In this document: piece by piece, positions 37,625 through 47,025 of the stretch
Numbering within the stretch: position 1 is the stretch's first letter
Layout: each line of letters starts with the position of its first letter
Source of the DNA: Campylobacterales bacterium
Lineage (GTDB): Bacteria; Campylobacterota; Campylobacteria; Campylobacterales; Sulfurimonadaceae
Reading direction: 5' to 3'
Length of the DNA stretch: 64,000 nucleotides
NCBI GenBank assembly: GCA_014859655.1
Contig: JACUTT010000002.1
Coordinates: 17,046 to 81,045 of the forward strand
Made by a program: the position numbers and the translations under genes
Notes under the pieces: model-generated
The model's input: the letters and a program-made list of their open reading frames with translations, nothing else
What the model was told of the DNA's origin: nothing
Database searches by the model: none

Positions 37625-39406
37625 TTATCCTAGAACTGCTACGACTTGGCCTTCAACAACCTTGTCGTTTGTTGCCACATTGATTGATTTGACAACACCG
37701 TTACGAGGCGCTACGATATCTATCTCCATTTTCATTGATTCGAGGATCATAATGATATCACCCTCTGAAACCTGATCACCCGGATTGGCTACGATCTTCC
37801 ATATACTGCCCGGCAGAAGTGATTTGACACTGTCGCCTTCGTCAGCAGAAGCGCCGCCGGAAGGCTTAAGGCTTTCACCGTTGACTTCACTCACCTGGAT
37901 ATTAACATCGCCTTCAGCCACCTGAACGCTGAATTTTTCCCCATTAACAACAACCGTATAAGATCCAGTTCCCATGTTCGCACTTCCTTCTTGCTTGTCT
38001 GATTTTTTTCTAATATTGACTTCGGCTTCACCTTTTAAGAAGGTGATCCCTTTTTCTTGGCAGGCTGCGGCGATAAAGATGTTCTCATCGCTTGTCTCAA
38101 TCCCCTCTTTTTCCAGAAGCTCTTTCCAGTAGGCCAAAGACTTTGTCCTGTCTGCATCGGCCAGGTCGATCGCATTTTTGGTTGTCGGCTCTAGGTTCAG
38201 TTTCTCAGAGGCGATCTTTACGATCTCAGGATCGGGGGCAACCGGTGTCTTGCCGAAATAGCCAAGTACCATCTTGCCATAGCCCGGAGCTATCGCTTTC
38301 CACGGGCCCTGCATCACGTTATTAAGCGCCTGCTGAAAATAAAACTGCGATACCGGTGTCACCGAGGTGCCGTATCCACCGCGTTCAACGACTTCGCGCA
38401 TAGCGGCAATGACTTCGGGAAAACGGTCCAGAATGTTGTTGTCACGCATCATCTGCGTGTTTGCCGTCAAAGCACCGCCCGGCATTGGAGAAAAGGGAAT
38501 CAAAGGTGAGACCATCGTCGCTTCAGGCGGCATAAAGTAGTCTTCCAAGCAGCGCTCAACCTCTTTTTCATAGGTCAGGATCTTTTCAAGCTCCAAGCCG
38601 CCGAGATCATAGTTGCTGCCTTTTGTAGCGTGTAGCATCGTCAGGATGTCAGGCTGTGAGGTTCCGCCGGAGACCGGAGAAGCCGCCATATCGATACCGT
38701 CGATCCCCGCTTCAAGTGCCGCGAGATAACAGGCGACAGAGACACCTGCCGTCTCATGCGTATGAAGACGCAGATGCGTCCCCTCGGGAACAAGTTTGCG
38801 TGCCATCTTGATGGTATCATAGACCTTTGTTGGGCTGGACGTGCCTGAAGCGTCCTTGAAACAGATGGAGTCATACGGAATGCCGGAGTCAAGTATCTCA
38901 CGAAGTTTCTTCTCATAAAAAGAAACATCATGCGCGCCGACACATCCCGGAGGAAGATCCATCATCGTCACGACCACTTCGTGTTTCAACCCGTGATGGT
39001 GGATGCGCTCGGCTGAGTATTTCAAGTTTTCAATGTCATTGAGCGCGTCAAAGTTACGAATAGTCGTTGTACCATGTTTTTTAAACATCTTCGCGTGAAG
39101 ATCAACGAGTTCGCGCGAACCGGTGTCCAGCATTACGGTATTGACACCGCGGGCGAGCGTCTGAAGGTTCGCATCCGGACCCACGATCTCGCGGAAACGG
39201 TCCATCATCATAAAAGCATCTTCATTGAGATAAAAGTAGAGTGACTGGAAGCGTGCACCACCTCCGAATTCAAAGTGCGTAATCCCCGCCGCTTTCGCCG
39301 CTTCAACCGCAGGAAAAAAGTCATTCATCAGCACGCGCCCTCCAAAGACCGACTGGAAGCCGTCCCTGAAGGTCGTATCCATTATATCAATATATTTTTT
39401 GGCCAT
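37625..39406 (-). CDS. oadA: Oxaloacetate decarboxylase alpha subunit (carboxyltransferase + biotinyl domain)
   Basis: 593 aa. [13 protein letters not shown]-barrel start and a C-terminal biotin attachment motif (SMKMEI). Flanked by gamma and beta subunit genes. Confidence 0.9.
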   Translation of the reverse strand: MAKKYIDIMDTTFRDGFQSVFGGRVLMNDFFPAVEAAKAAGITHFEFGGGARFQSLYFYLNEDAFMMMDRFREIVGPDANLQTLARGVNTVMLDTGSRELVDLHAKMFKKHGTTTIRNFDALNDIENLKYSAERIHHHGLKHEVVVTMMDLPPGCVGAHDVSFYEKKLREILDSGIPYDSICFKDASGTSSPTKVYDTIKMARKLVPEGTHLRLHTHETAGVSVACYLAALEAGIDGIDMAASPVSGGTSQPDILTMLHATKGSNYDLGGLELEKILTYEKEVERCLEDYFMPPEATMVSPLIPFSPMPGGALTANTQMMRDNNILDRFPEVIAAMREVVERGGYGTSVTPVSQFYFQQALNNVMQGPWKAIAPGYGKMVLGYFGKTPVAPDPEIVKIASEKLNLEPTTKNAIDLADADRTKSLAYWKELLEKEGIETSDENIFIAAACQEKGITFLKGEAEVNIRKKSDKQEGSANMGTGSYTVVVNGEKFSVQVAEGDVNIQVSEVNGESLKPSGGASADEGDSVKSLLPGSIWKIVANPGDQVSEGDIIMILESMKMEIDIVAPRNGVVKSINVATNDKVVEGQVVAVLG

Positions 39407-39414
39407 TTTATTCC

Positions 39415-39642
39415 TTAGCTTTTTGCGTTATTGTGATGCATGACCGCAGCAGTAATTGCGGCGATCTTCGCATTTTTATTTTCAGCTTTACCCGCACCGC
39501 TGAGGGGTGCAGGATCAGGAAAAAACTTGTGTATTATGTAAGATTGAAGATTCATAGCCCCGATCATAAGAATCAAAAATGAGAATACCGTTCCCATACC
39601 CAAGGCCATAAATTTAAAGCCTTCGAAAACAAGATTTTCCAT
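39415..39642 (-). CDS. oadG: Oxaloacetate decarboxylase gamma subunit
   Basis: About 75 aa with a single TM (FMALGMGTVFSFLILMI). ATG at 39642 has an AAGGGA RBS. The track start at 39672 is less likely. Confidence 0.7.
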   Translation of the reverse strand: MENLVFEGFKFMALGMGTVFSFLILMIGAMNLQSYIIHKFFPDPAPLSGAGKAENKNAKIAAITAAVMHHNNAKS

Positions 39643-39858
39643 GTTTTTCCCTTTAGAAATCAATTTTGCCAATCTTAGTACAAAGATAGTTAAATATGCA
39701 TGTATTTTGCGGAAGTCAAAAAAGTTTTATCGCCATTGTTACTATTTTACGTTTGATATTTTGATTTTCTTTCAGCATCTCTATGGAAACTCATGGCTTT
39801 TTAGCTTTTTTTTGATAAGATTCGCTCAAATTAATGCGCACTGCATATAGGAGAGATA

Positions 39859-40380
39859 ATGAATTTAGACAAAATAGGATACGGTGAAAACCCAGAAAAA
39901 GTAAAAGCAATCATCGAGATTTCATGCGGTTCAAACATCAAGTATGAGGTAGAAAAAGAGAGCGGCGCGCTGGTCCTTGACCGCGTTATGCACTCGGCGA
40001 TGTACTATCCTGCCAACTACGGTTTTGTAAACCAGACGCTTTCTCAAGACGGTGATCCGGCTGACATTCTGATCCTTACCGAATACCCAATGCAAGAAGG
40101 ATCTGTCACAAACTGCCGTCTTGTCGGTGTCTTGATCATGGAAGACGAGAGCGGTATTGATGAGAAACTGCTGGCTGTTCCGACATCCAAAATAGACCCG
40201 ACATTTGACGAGATCAAAGACCTGGGCGATATTCCGAAACACACCCTGGCGAAGATCAAAAACTTCTTTGAGACCTACAAGATGCTTGAGCCGAACAAAT
40301 GGGTAAAAGTACAGGGTTTTCAGGACAAGGCTGCCGCAACTAAAATCTTGCAAGACGCTATCGAAAACTACGTAAAATAA
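39859..40380 (+). CDS. ppa: Inorganic pyrophosphatase (family I)
   Basis: 173 aa with IEI..GS..KYE and DGDP.D motifs. Confidence 0.95.
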   Translation: MNLDKIGYGENPEKVKAIIEISCGSNIKYEVEKESGALVLDRVMHSAMYYPANYGFVNQTLSQDGDPADILILTEYPMQEGSVTNCRLVGVLIMEDESGIDEKLLAVPTSKIDPTFDEIKDLGDIPKHTLAKIKNFFETYKMLEPNKWVKVQGFQDKAAATKILQDAIENYVK

Positions 40381-40386
40381 ACATCA

Positions 40387-40423
40387 GCTCTTTTGCCGCG
40401 GCAAAAGAGCATTTCATCTTTTT
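40387..40423 (+). terminator. Intrinsic terminator of ppa
   Basis: Palindrome GCTCTTTTGCCG/CGGCAAAAGAGC followed by ATTTCATCTTTTT. Confidence 0.6.
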
Positions 40424-40441
40424 AGACATCAGGGGACTCCA

Positions 40442-40735
40442 ATGATCGCAGGAATGTATGAGCAGGAATTTTTAGCCTATATTCTCTTCGGTATTGTTCT
40501 GAACTTCATCTTTTCGCTGCTTTTCGGACTCTATCTAAGCAAAAATATCGGTATAGAAGAGATGCTGACCTCCAAGGGTGAAAAGAGCCAAACCTTTCTT
40601 CTGCGTATCACTCTATTTATCCCTTATGCAAAGATGTTGCTGACCCTCTACCGCGTAGCTGTTTTGCAGTTTTACTTTCTCAATCAGGGAAAAAGCCATA
40701 AAGAGTTCTGGGTCTATCTGACAAGCGAGCAATGA
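40442..40735 (+). CDS. Small hypothetical membrane protein (2-3 TM)
   Basis: 97 aa hydrophobic ORF. No family recognised. Confidence 0.45.
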   Translation: MIAGMYEQEFLAYILFGIVLNFIFSLLFGLYLSKNIGIEEMLTSKGEKSQTFLLRITLFIPYAKMLLTLYRVAVLQFYFLNQGKSHKEFWVYLTSEQ

Positions 40736-40737
40736 CG

Positions 40738-41229
40738 CTAGAAGCAGCCTCTTATCTTTTCGTCAGACCAGATCCCCTCTTTTTTTATCTTCGCCCGCAA
40801 CTCTGCCTTTTCAAAACGATACATAAACTCCGTGTCCTGTAGTTGCGGCGAAATCCGGGCATACCCTTTTTCCAACAAGGCTTCGCTATAGCTGTGCCCG
40901 CTGGAAAGATGTAAGAAACACAATGTCTCAATCGCCTCCACACTGTACTGCTGCTCTATATGTAAAGTTTTTGCGGCAAAAAACTTCTCCTGAGGGTTGC
41001 TTGCTCTAAAGTCTCGGATATGCTGCTGACAGGAGCTGTTAAGGTCAGTGCGAAGCAGGAGTTCGCTCACCGTTTCTATCCCGTACGGGGTGCAGACAAA
41101 GGCCTGCTGTCTATAATGCATATGAAGCGTATGGTTGTTCTCTATACTTTTAAGCAAGGAGACAAGAAGGTTCTGCGCATCTGCATTCACAATAAAGACA
41201 ACAAACAGTAAACCATATCTTCTTTTCAA
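40738..41229 (-). CDS. Secreted staphylococcal-nuclease (SNase)-fold-like protein
   Basis: The C-terminus ...EALLEKGYARI...AELRAKIKKEGIWSD resembles the SNase/thermonuclease C-terminus. I prefer the TTG start at about 41229 (AAGGAAGAG RBS), which gives signal peptide MKRRYGLLFVVFIVNA. Catalytic N-terminal motifs were not recognised. Confidence 0.5.
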   Translation of the reverse strand: MKRRYGLLFVVFIVNADAQNLLVSLLKSIENNHTLHMHYRQQAFVCTPYGIETVSELLLRTDLNSSCQQHIRDFRASNPQEKFFAAKTLHIEQQYSVEAIETLCFLHLSSGHSYSEALLEKGYARISPQLQDTEFMYRFEKAELRAKIKKEGIWSDEKIRGCF

Positions 41230-41522
41230 CAACTCTTCCTTTTTTATCTTCAAGATGTAACAATCTGTAAAAAAATAGCACTTTTTTTTACAGAATTTTC
41301 CCGCTATTTGAACGGCCAAACTTAAAGCAGAGACACTTTTTGCTCTTTTGATCAAAAAAATGACGAAAAATCAGTCGCTAAACTTAAAGTTCGGACATCA
41401 GTCACAAGGGCAATAGAGGTAATTTACCATTCGTTTACTTAAGATACCTATTTAATGAGATTATAAAATAAATAAGCTCTTCTTTTTTTACTATACTTTT
41501 CTTTTATTTTTAAGGAGCATTT

Positions 41523-42047
41523 TTGATTCGGTTAGTCCCACTATTTTTTCTATTTACACTACAGCTGTTTGCACTTTCGCAAGAACAGCTTAAGGTTTTG
41601 CAAACTGTCAGAGATGTGGCACGTACTATTCCTGATTATAGTGGAGAAACCTATGAAAACACTTTGGCCGCGATCTGTTTAACCGAAAGCAGCGCCGGAA
41701 AAAACATCATCGGTGACTTTAAAAAGGGCATCATCATCACAAAAGCCTCTTTGGGCACCATGCAGATTCAGGTCGCTACCGCACGCTATGTTGCCAAGCG
41801 CGTCACTGCGCTGGAGTGGCTCAACAAGCTCAGTGATGCGCAGATAGCCAACAAGCTTCTCACCGATGTCAAAACATCCGCACAGATCTCAGCCTACTAT
41901 CTTACCATTTTAAAAAAGAGCCGTAAAGATTATTTGCGCATGATCAGCGGCTATAACGGAGGGATTGTCAACACCCCTTACTACAACCGTGTCATGAAAA
42001 ACATGCAGTTCTTAGATAAATATCTCAAGAACGGGCAGCTAATCTAA
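41523..42047 (+). CDS. Secreted lytic transglycosylase (SLT-domain) protein
   Basis: Signal peptide, then AAICLTESSAGKN (catalytic Glu-Ser motif) and GYNGG. TTG start with an AAGGAG RBS. Confidence 0.7.
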   Translation: MIRLVPLFFLFTLQLFALSQEQLKVLQTVRDVARTIPDYSGETYENTLAAICLTESSAGKNIIGDFKKGIIITKASLGTMQIQVATARYVAKRVTALEWLNKLSDAQIANKLLTDVKTSAQISAYYLTILKKSRKDYLRMISGYNGGIVNTPYYNRVMKNMQFLDKYLKNGQLI

Positions 42048-42165
42048 TTAAATCGTCTATCTCTTCAAGCAATCTTCTTTAGCTAAAGCCTACGCTTGCT
42101 TCTTTGTGTATAATACTTCCTTATCTATAGCCATTTTTTAGTTTGGCTAAGACTCAAGGGGTTTT

Positions 42166-43110
42166 ATGTACTATCTTCTTCTTTTTTTACTGTTTGCTTC
42201 TTTTGTAAATGCAGATACAATCTCACTTGAGACTATGCAAATTGAAAAACGTGTCGCTTTTGTAATTGGCAACGGCGCCTATGACGAGTCGCCTATGCAT
42301 AATGCCCTCGGTGCTGCGCAAAAAATGAAGCTTTTCCTGGAAAAGCACAATTTCAAGGTCGTCTACCTTGAAGATGCAAGCAAACGCGAGCTTATCAAAG
42401 GACTGCGCGAGTTTAATTATCTTATGGGAAAAGAGTGTGTTGCACTTTTCTATTATAACGGTCATACCGTTCACGTTAAAAATAAAAACTACATTATCCC
42501 CACGGAGACTTTTATCGAAAGCGACTATCATGTTCTGCATGAAGCGATAGAACTCGATGCCATAATTGCCAAGATGAAAAGCTCACAAAGCCGTTTAAAC
42601 ATCATCATCCTCGATTCTGCCCAGAAAAACCCCTTTGCAAAGCGTTATAGAACAGAAGAAAAAGGTTTGGCCGCCATCAAGCCGCACGAGAAGATTGATC
42701 TGATCTTCTCGTGCGCGCCAAACAAGATCGTAGCTCCCTACGCATTTACGACAAAGCTCATCTCTGTGCTTACGCGTCGAGGAACCTCAAACAAAGAGGG
42801 TTTCGAGCAGATGCACATGCATTTTAAAGCCCCCTATCCGATGACTTCCACTCAGAGTTTTTACTTCAACCTTCCCTCCACGCTTGCCAGCCAAGAAGAG
42901 AAGCTGTGGACAAAGACCCTGACACTTGACTCGGCCTCTGCTTACAGCACCTATCTCTCACGCTATCCCGAAAGTACCTATGCCGCTTTTGCCAAGGCCA
43001 ACCTTGGCGAACTTATGGATAAAAAAGAGAAGATCAAAGAAGAGCAGACACAGGTCAAAGAGGATCTTTCGCCGGAGTATATCAGCGAAAACCTCTTGCA
43101 AGAAAAATAG
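42166..43110 (+). CDS. Secreted caspase-fold (peptidase C14-like) protein, predicted catalytically inactive
   Basis: Signal peptide, then RVAFVIGNGAYD...YYNGHT...IIILDSAQKNPF, which aligns to the bacterial C14 pattern (AGHG ... LDACRxNPF). Ala (42619-42621) sits at the catalytic Cys position. Confidence 0.7.
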   Translation: MYYLLLFLLFASFVNADTISLETMQIEKRVAFVIGNGAYDESPMHNALGAAQKMKLFLEKHNFKVVYLEDASKRELIKGLREFNYLMGKECVALFYYNGHTVHVKNKNYIIPTETFIESDYHVLHEAIELDAIIAKMKSSQSRLNIIILDSAQKNPFAKRYRTEEKGLAAIKPHEKIDLIFSCAPNKIVAPYAFTTKLISVLTRRGTSNKEGFEQMHMHFKAPYPMTSTQSFYFNLPSTLASQEEKLWTKTLTLDSASAYSTYLSRYPESTYAAFAKANLGELMDKKEKIKEEQTQVKEDLSPEYISENLLQEK

Positions 43111-43151
43111 GGTACAATTTTCAAAACTATTCTAATCTAAAAGAGAAAAAA

Positions 43152-43337
43152 ATGAGTGATTTTAAGTTAAAACTACTGCTGACCATTCTCTCATCGATGC
43201 TATTTTCACTTATACTTATCATGCTCGCACTGGTCCTTCCGATAAACAATTCTAACGACAACACCGCAGAACGAGCAAAACCGCAGACAGAGTTTCAAAA
43301 AATGTCAAAAGGAATGCGTGAAGGCTTTAATAAATAA
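43152..43337 (+). CDS. Small hypothetical membrane protein
   Basis: 61 aa with one TM. Weak RBS. Confidence 0.3.
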   Translation: MSDFKLKLLLTILSSMLFSLILIMLALVLPINNSNDNTAERAKPQTEFQKMSKGMREGFNK

Positions 43338-43428
43338 GCTGACAATAGTCAAAGATGCGATTTCTCAAGTCTTACTTTTCTTGTTAGTCTTAAGGTCTTT
43401 GGAAGTTCGTGTTTTAGGGGATTTAAGG

Positions 43429-43505
43429 TGGTGGATCCTCCGAGACTCGAACTCGGGACCACTCCGTTATGAGCGGAGGGCTCTAACCAACTGAGCTAAA
43501 GATCC
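43429..43505 (-). tRNA. tRNA with CAT anticodon (elongator Met or lysidine-modified Ile2), CCA encoded
   Basis: Cloverleaf folded by hand: acceptor GGATCTT/AGGATCC, D arm GCTC/GAGC, anticodon stem CTCCG/CGGAG with loop CTCATAA, T arm CCGAG-TTCGAGT-CTCGG, then ACCA. It lacks initiator features. Confidence 0.9.
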
Positions 43506-43597
43506 ATTTAGAGAGCGGAAGTATAAGGCTTTATTGCTTACAGCTATCTAAATCTGGTCTATATTTTCAAAACTTCCTGCAAAGCCCGAAAAACAGG

Positions 43598-44719
43598 TCA
43601 TTTGGACAGAGGATCTATCATGCGGCGGTCTGAATTATAGTAGAAGGTATAACGAAAGGCCAGCAGGTTTTGCAAAATCGCTATTATGATTACAAAATTG
43701 ACAAAACTGCTCCCCCCGTAGGAGAACATTGGCAAAGGCACGCCGACGACAGGGGCAAAACCGATCGTCATCGCAATATTGATGCTCATGTAGACAAAAA
43801 AGAGAAGTGCCAGAGAGAGGCTGACGACCTTTATAAAGTAGTCACTGCTAAACCAGCTTATCGAGACGATGTGCAGTATTAGTGCCATGTAGAGTCCGAC
43901 CAGCAAAAAGGCTCCTATAAATCCGAAGCGCTCCACCACATAAGCAAAAATAAAATCACTCGATGCAATAGGCAGAAACTTCATCTGCGTTTGAGTCGAC
44001 TCTTCGACGCTGTTGCCGCTGAGTCCGCCTGAGCCTATAGCAATGATCGACTGCTGCACATGGTACGAGGGTTTTTCACTCAGAAAATCTAGGATGCGTT
44101 TTTTCTGATAGTCATGAAGCTGTCCGTATAAAAAAGGCGCTGCCAGCGAGATCGTAACGGCCAATGTCGCCCATATCTTCCAGTAGACGCCGATAACAAA
44201 AAGCACACCATAGCCCAAGATCAGCATCACCGTCGCCGTTCCCAGGTCCGGTTCTTTCGCGATCAGGAAAAAGGGCAGGAGAATAAACAAACTGAGCTTG
44301 AGAAAATCGGCTAAGCGGTAACCGCCCTGGGGAGGAGGGTTTTTACTCACAAGATAGGCCAGCATCAGCACAAAAGCCGGTTTTATCAGCTCCGAGGGCT
44401 GAAGGGTAAAATTGATAAAGGGGAGTTCCAGCCAGCGTTTGGCACCCAGGCGCGAATGCCCGAAAAACTCTACGGCTATCAGCAAAGCGATATTGAGCCA
44501 ATACAAAAGGGGGATCAGCCATGAAAAACGCCGAATAGGAAAAAGAAAAAAGAAAACAAATGCGACAATGCCCACAAGCACATAAACCGTGTGTTTTTGT
44601 GCTAACACAGGGTGTATCTCTCCGATAAGCATGCCTGAAACAAAGATAAGAGGTGTAATCAAAGCAATAAGAATATAATCAAAGTGTGCTATAATCCGGC
44701 GATCTATTTTTTTCCACAT
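43598..44719 (-). CDS. rodA: SEDS-family peptidoglycan polymerase RodA
   Basis: Polytopic membrane protein of the FtsW/RodA family. I prefer the start at MWKKIDRRI (44719). Its position beside rluD/flpA matches mrdB in C. jejuni as recalled. Confidence 0.8.
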   Translation of the reverse strand: MWKKIDRRIIAHFDYILIALITPLIFVSGMLIGEIHPVLAQKHTVYVLVGIVAFVFFFLFPIRRFSWLIPLLYWLNIALLIAVEFFGHSRLGAKRWLELPFINFTLQPSELIKPAFVLMLAYLVSKNPPPQGGYRLADFLKLSLFILLPFFLIAKEPDLGTATVMLILGYGVLFVIGVYWKIWATLAVTISLAAPFLYGQLHDYQKKRILDFLSEKPSYHVQQSIIAIGSGGLSGNSVEESTQTQMKFLPIASSDFIFAYVVERFGFIGAFLLVGLYMALILHIVSISWFSSDYFIKVVSLSLALLFFVYMSINIAMTIGFAPVVGVPLPMFSYGGSSFVNFVIIIAILQNLLAFRYTFYYNSDRRMIDPLSK

Positions 44720-44826
44720 GGCATGAATTATATCACTTTTTTTACAATATTTATGCCTAAACAGGCGAAGCATTAACGAAGTTATATTTCTTTTTATCTG
44801 GGTCAAATACACGAAACACTATTTTT

Positions 44827-45810
44827 TTGAACTTAAGGCTTCTTATGCACGAACCAAAAGACTGTCTCTGCGAGACACCCGAACGACTAGACAAATTTTT
44901 AAGCGCCACCCTCGAGACAACCCGCAACCAGGTTCTCTCCTTGATAAAAGAGGGCTGTGTCACAGTTGACAGCAAGGTTGTAACACGACCCGGAGTGAAG
45001 CTAAAATCTGGCCAAAACATTCATATTGACTTTCCAGAAGCGGTAGTCACCCGTCCGCAAAAGATTGATTTTGATGTTGAGATCCTTTATGAGGATGATG
45101 ATCTTCTTGTCATCAACAAGCCCAAAGGGCTCACCGTCCACCCTGCCCCTTCGGTCAAAGAGCCTACATTGGTGGACTGGCTCAAACACAAGGGCATCCG
45201 TCTCTCCACCATCAGCGGCGAGGAGCGTCACGGCATTGTCCACCGCCTGGACAAGGGAACAAGCGGCGTCATGGTTGTTGCCAAGAACAATGAAGCCCAC
45301 CACGCCCTCTCCCTGCAGCTTCAAGACCGCACAATGGGACGCTATTACCTGGCCATTCTCAATATGCCTCTGAAAGAAAACATGATCGTCGATAAGGCGA
45401 TAGGCAGAAATTCGTCAAACCGCCTGAAGATGGCGACAATAGAAAACGCAAAAGACGCAAAGACCGAGTTTTCCAAGCTCTACCCTTCCAAAGATGAGAA
45501 AAATGAGCTGATCGCCTGCAAGCTCTATAGCGGCCGAACCCATCAAATCCGTGTCCACCTTGAAAGCATAGGCAGAGGCATCTTGGGCGACCATTTATAC
45601 GGCTTTAAGAGCAAAGAAGATAAAATCGATGAAATTTTTCTGCATGCATATATCTTATACTTCGTGCATCCAAAATCTTTGCAAAAGATGGAGTTTGTCG
45701 CACCGATACATGAGAGCATGAAAACTTACCTTGAAGAAAATTTTGACATGGAGTTCATTAATGAAGCAATTATTTCTACCGACTTTAGCCGCCATTTCAA
45801 TTCTCTTTAG
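44827..45810 (+). CDS. rluD: RluA-family 23S rRNA pseudouridine synthase (RluD-like)
   Basis: S4 domain followed by the HRLDKGTSG catalytic motif. Confidence 0.9.
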   Translation: MNLRLLMHEPKDCLCETPERLDKFLSATLETTRNQVLSLIKEGCVTVDSKVVTRPGVKLKSGQNIHIDFPEAVVTRPQKIDFDVEILYEDDDLLVINKPKGLTVHPAPSVKEPTLVDWLKHKGIRLSTISGEERHGIVHRLDKGTSGVMVVAKNNEAHHALSLQLQDRTMGRYYLAILNMPLKENMIVDKAIGRNSSNRLKMATIENAKDAKTEFSKLYPSKDEKNELIACKLYSGRTHQIRVHLESIGRGILGDHLYGFKSKEDKIDEIFLHAYILYFVHPKSLQKMEFVAPIHESMKTYLEENFDMEFINEAIISTDFSRHFNSL

Positions 45811-47014
45811 CGCCTGTACCCAACAGCCAAGTGCGCCTAAAGAGCCCGTAATAGACCCGACGCTGCCAAAAGTTTCCATCAACGGTCACATAGAGTCAAT
45901 GACAAGCATCGCTTTTGAGTGGAAGCCTCTGCGTGATGCCCGCGTAAAAGGCTATTATGTCTACCGCAACAATCCGCAGGCTGCTGATGAAAAGCTAAAC
46001 CGCATCCACGCCGTGGACGGCCGTTTCGTTTCGCACTACTCAGACACCGCGCTTCAGCCGAACACGACCTATATTTACAGATTTTCAAGTTTTAATGAAA
46101 AGATGCAAGAGTCGGAAGCCTCGGAGACCTTCAGAGTGACCACGCATCCGGTACTTGAATCGGTCAGTTTTTTTGATTCTATCGGTAATCTTCCGCGTAT
46201 GGCAAAACTGATTTGGCGTCCGCATGACAACGCCTTGGTAAAAGGGTATGTGCTGGAACGTCAAACCGTAGAGAAGCCGGAATGGGAGCAGATCGCGACC
46301 ATAGAACACCGTCTGGAGGCAGAATATATCGACAAGAAGCTTGATGACAACCGCGTCTACAAATACCGCTTGCGCGCACTGACATATGAGGGCATAAAAT
46401 CAACGCCTAGCGAGGTCGTAAAAGTTTCGACCAAGCCCCTGCCAAAGCCTGTGCACAATCTTCAAGCAAGCACCCAGATGCCAAAGAAGATTATTCTAAA
46501 ATGGGATGCGAACAGCGAAAAAGATCTTGATTATTACAATATCTATCGCGCAAGCTCAAGCAATAAAACCTACAACTATTATGTCAAACTCAATGAAACA
46601 GAATTCACCGATGAGATAAGCAAAGACGGTGCAAATTACTACTACAAGGTCAGTGCCGTTGACAAGGATGGCCTGGAAAGTCCTCTTCAGAGCACGCCTG
46701 TACATGGAAGCACCTTGGGCAAACCGCAAATGCCGACCTTCATTGATGCTGTCGTAAAAGACAGTAGCGCCGTACTGCGCTGGAAGAGTAACGATCCGCG
46801 CACGCACAGCTACACGCTGATCAAGACGACCAAAGAGAGCTGGATCAGCTCAAAAACACAAGAGATCACCGGAATAAAAGGCACAAGCTATGCTGCCAAG
46901 GATCTGCAGCCTGATGTTCAGTACAAATTCCAGATCATGGCTGTTGATGTGAACAGTATCGCCTCCGAGCCTACCGCACCGGCCGATGTTCTTTTTTCAA
47001 CCCCTAGCAAATAG
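45761..47014 (+). CDS. flpA: Fibronectin type III repeat lipoprotein, FlpA-like
   Basis: Lipobox ILFSAC. Repeated FN3-like units (FEWKP...GYYVYR, LIWRP...GYVLER, LKWDA...YYNIYR, LRWKS...). Synteny with rluD/trmB matches the flpA locus as recalled. Confidence 0.7.
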   Translation: MKQLFLPTLAAISILFSACTQQPSAPKEPVIDPTLPKVSINGHIESMTSIAFEWKPLRDARVKGYYVYRNNPQAADEKLNRIHAVDGRFVSHYSDTALQPNTTYIYRFSSFNEKMQESEASETFRVTTHPVLESVSFFDSIGNLPRMAKLIWRPHDNALVKGYVLERQTVEKPEWEQIATIEHRLEAEYIDKKLDDNRVYKYRLRALTYEGIKSTPSEVVKVSTKPLPKPVHNLQASTQMPKKIILKWDANSEKDLDYYNIYRASSSNKTYNYYVKLNETEFTDEISKDGANYYYKVSAVDKDGLESPLQSTPVHGSTLGKPQMPTFIDAVVKDSSAVLRWKSNDPRTHSYTLIKTTKESWISSKTQEITGIKGTSYAAKDLQPDVQYKFQIMAVDVNSIASEPTAPADVLFSTPSK

Positions 47015-47025
47015 AAGTATAATAA

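Noticed and set aside
37625-39406. Alternative call as pyruvate carboxylase subunit B
   Set aside because: The gene is flanked by gamma (single-TM) and beta (polytopic) decarboxylase subunit genes. That fits the membrane Na+-pumping oxaloacetate decarboxylase better.
40381-43505. Classical tRNA-targeted genomic island
   Set aside because: There is no integrase. I could find no copy of the tRNA 3' end near the ppa-proximal boundary. It is kept only as a low-confidence finding.
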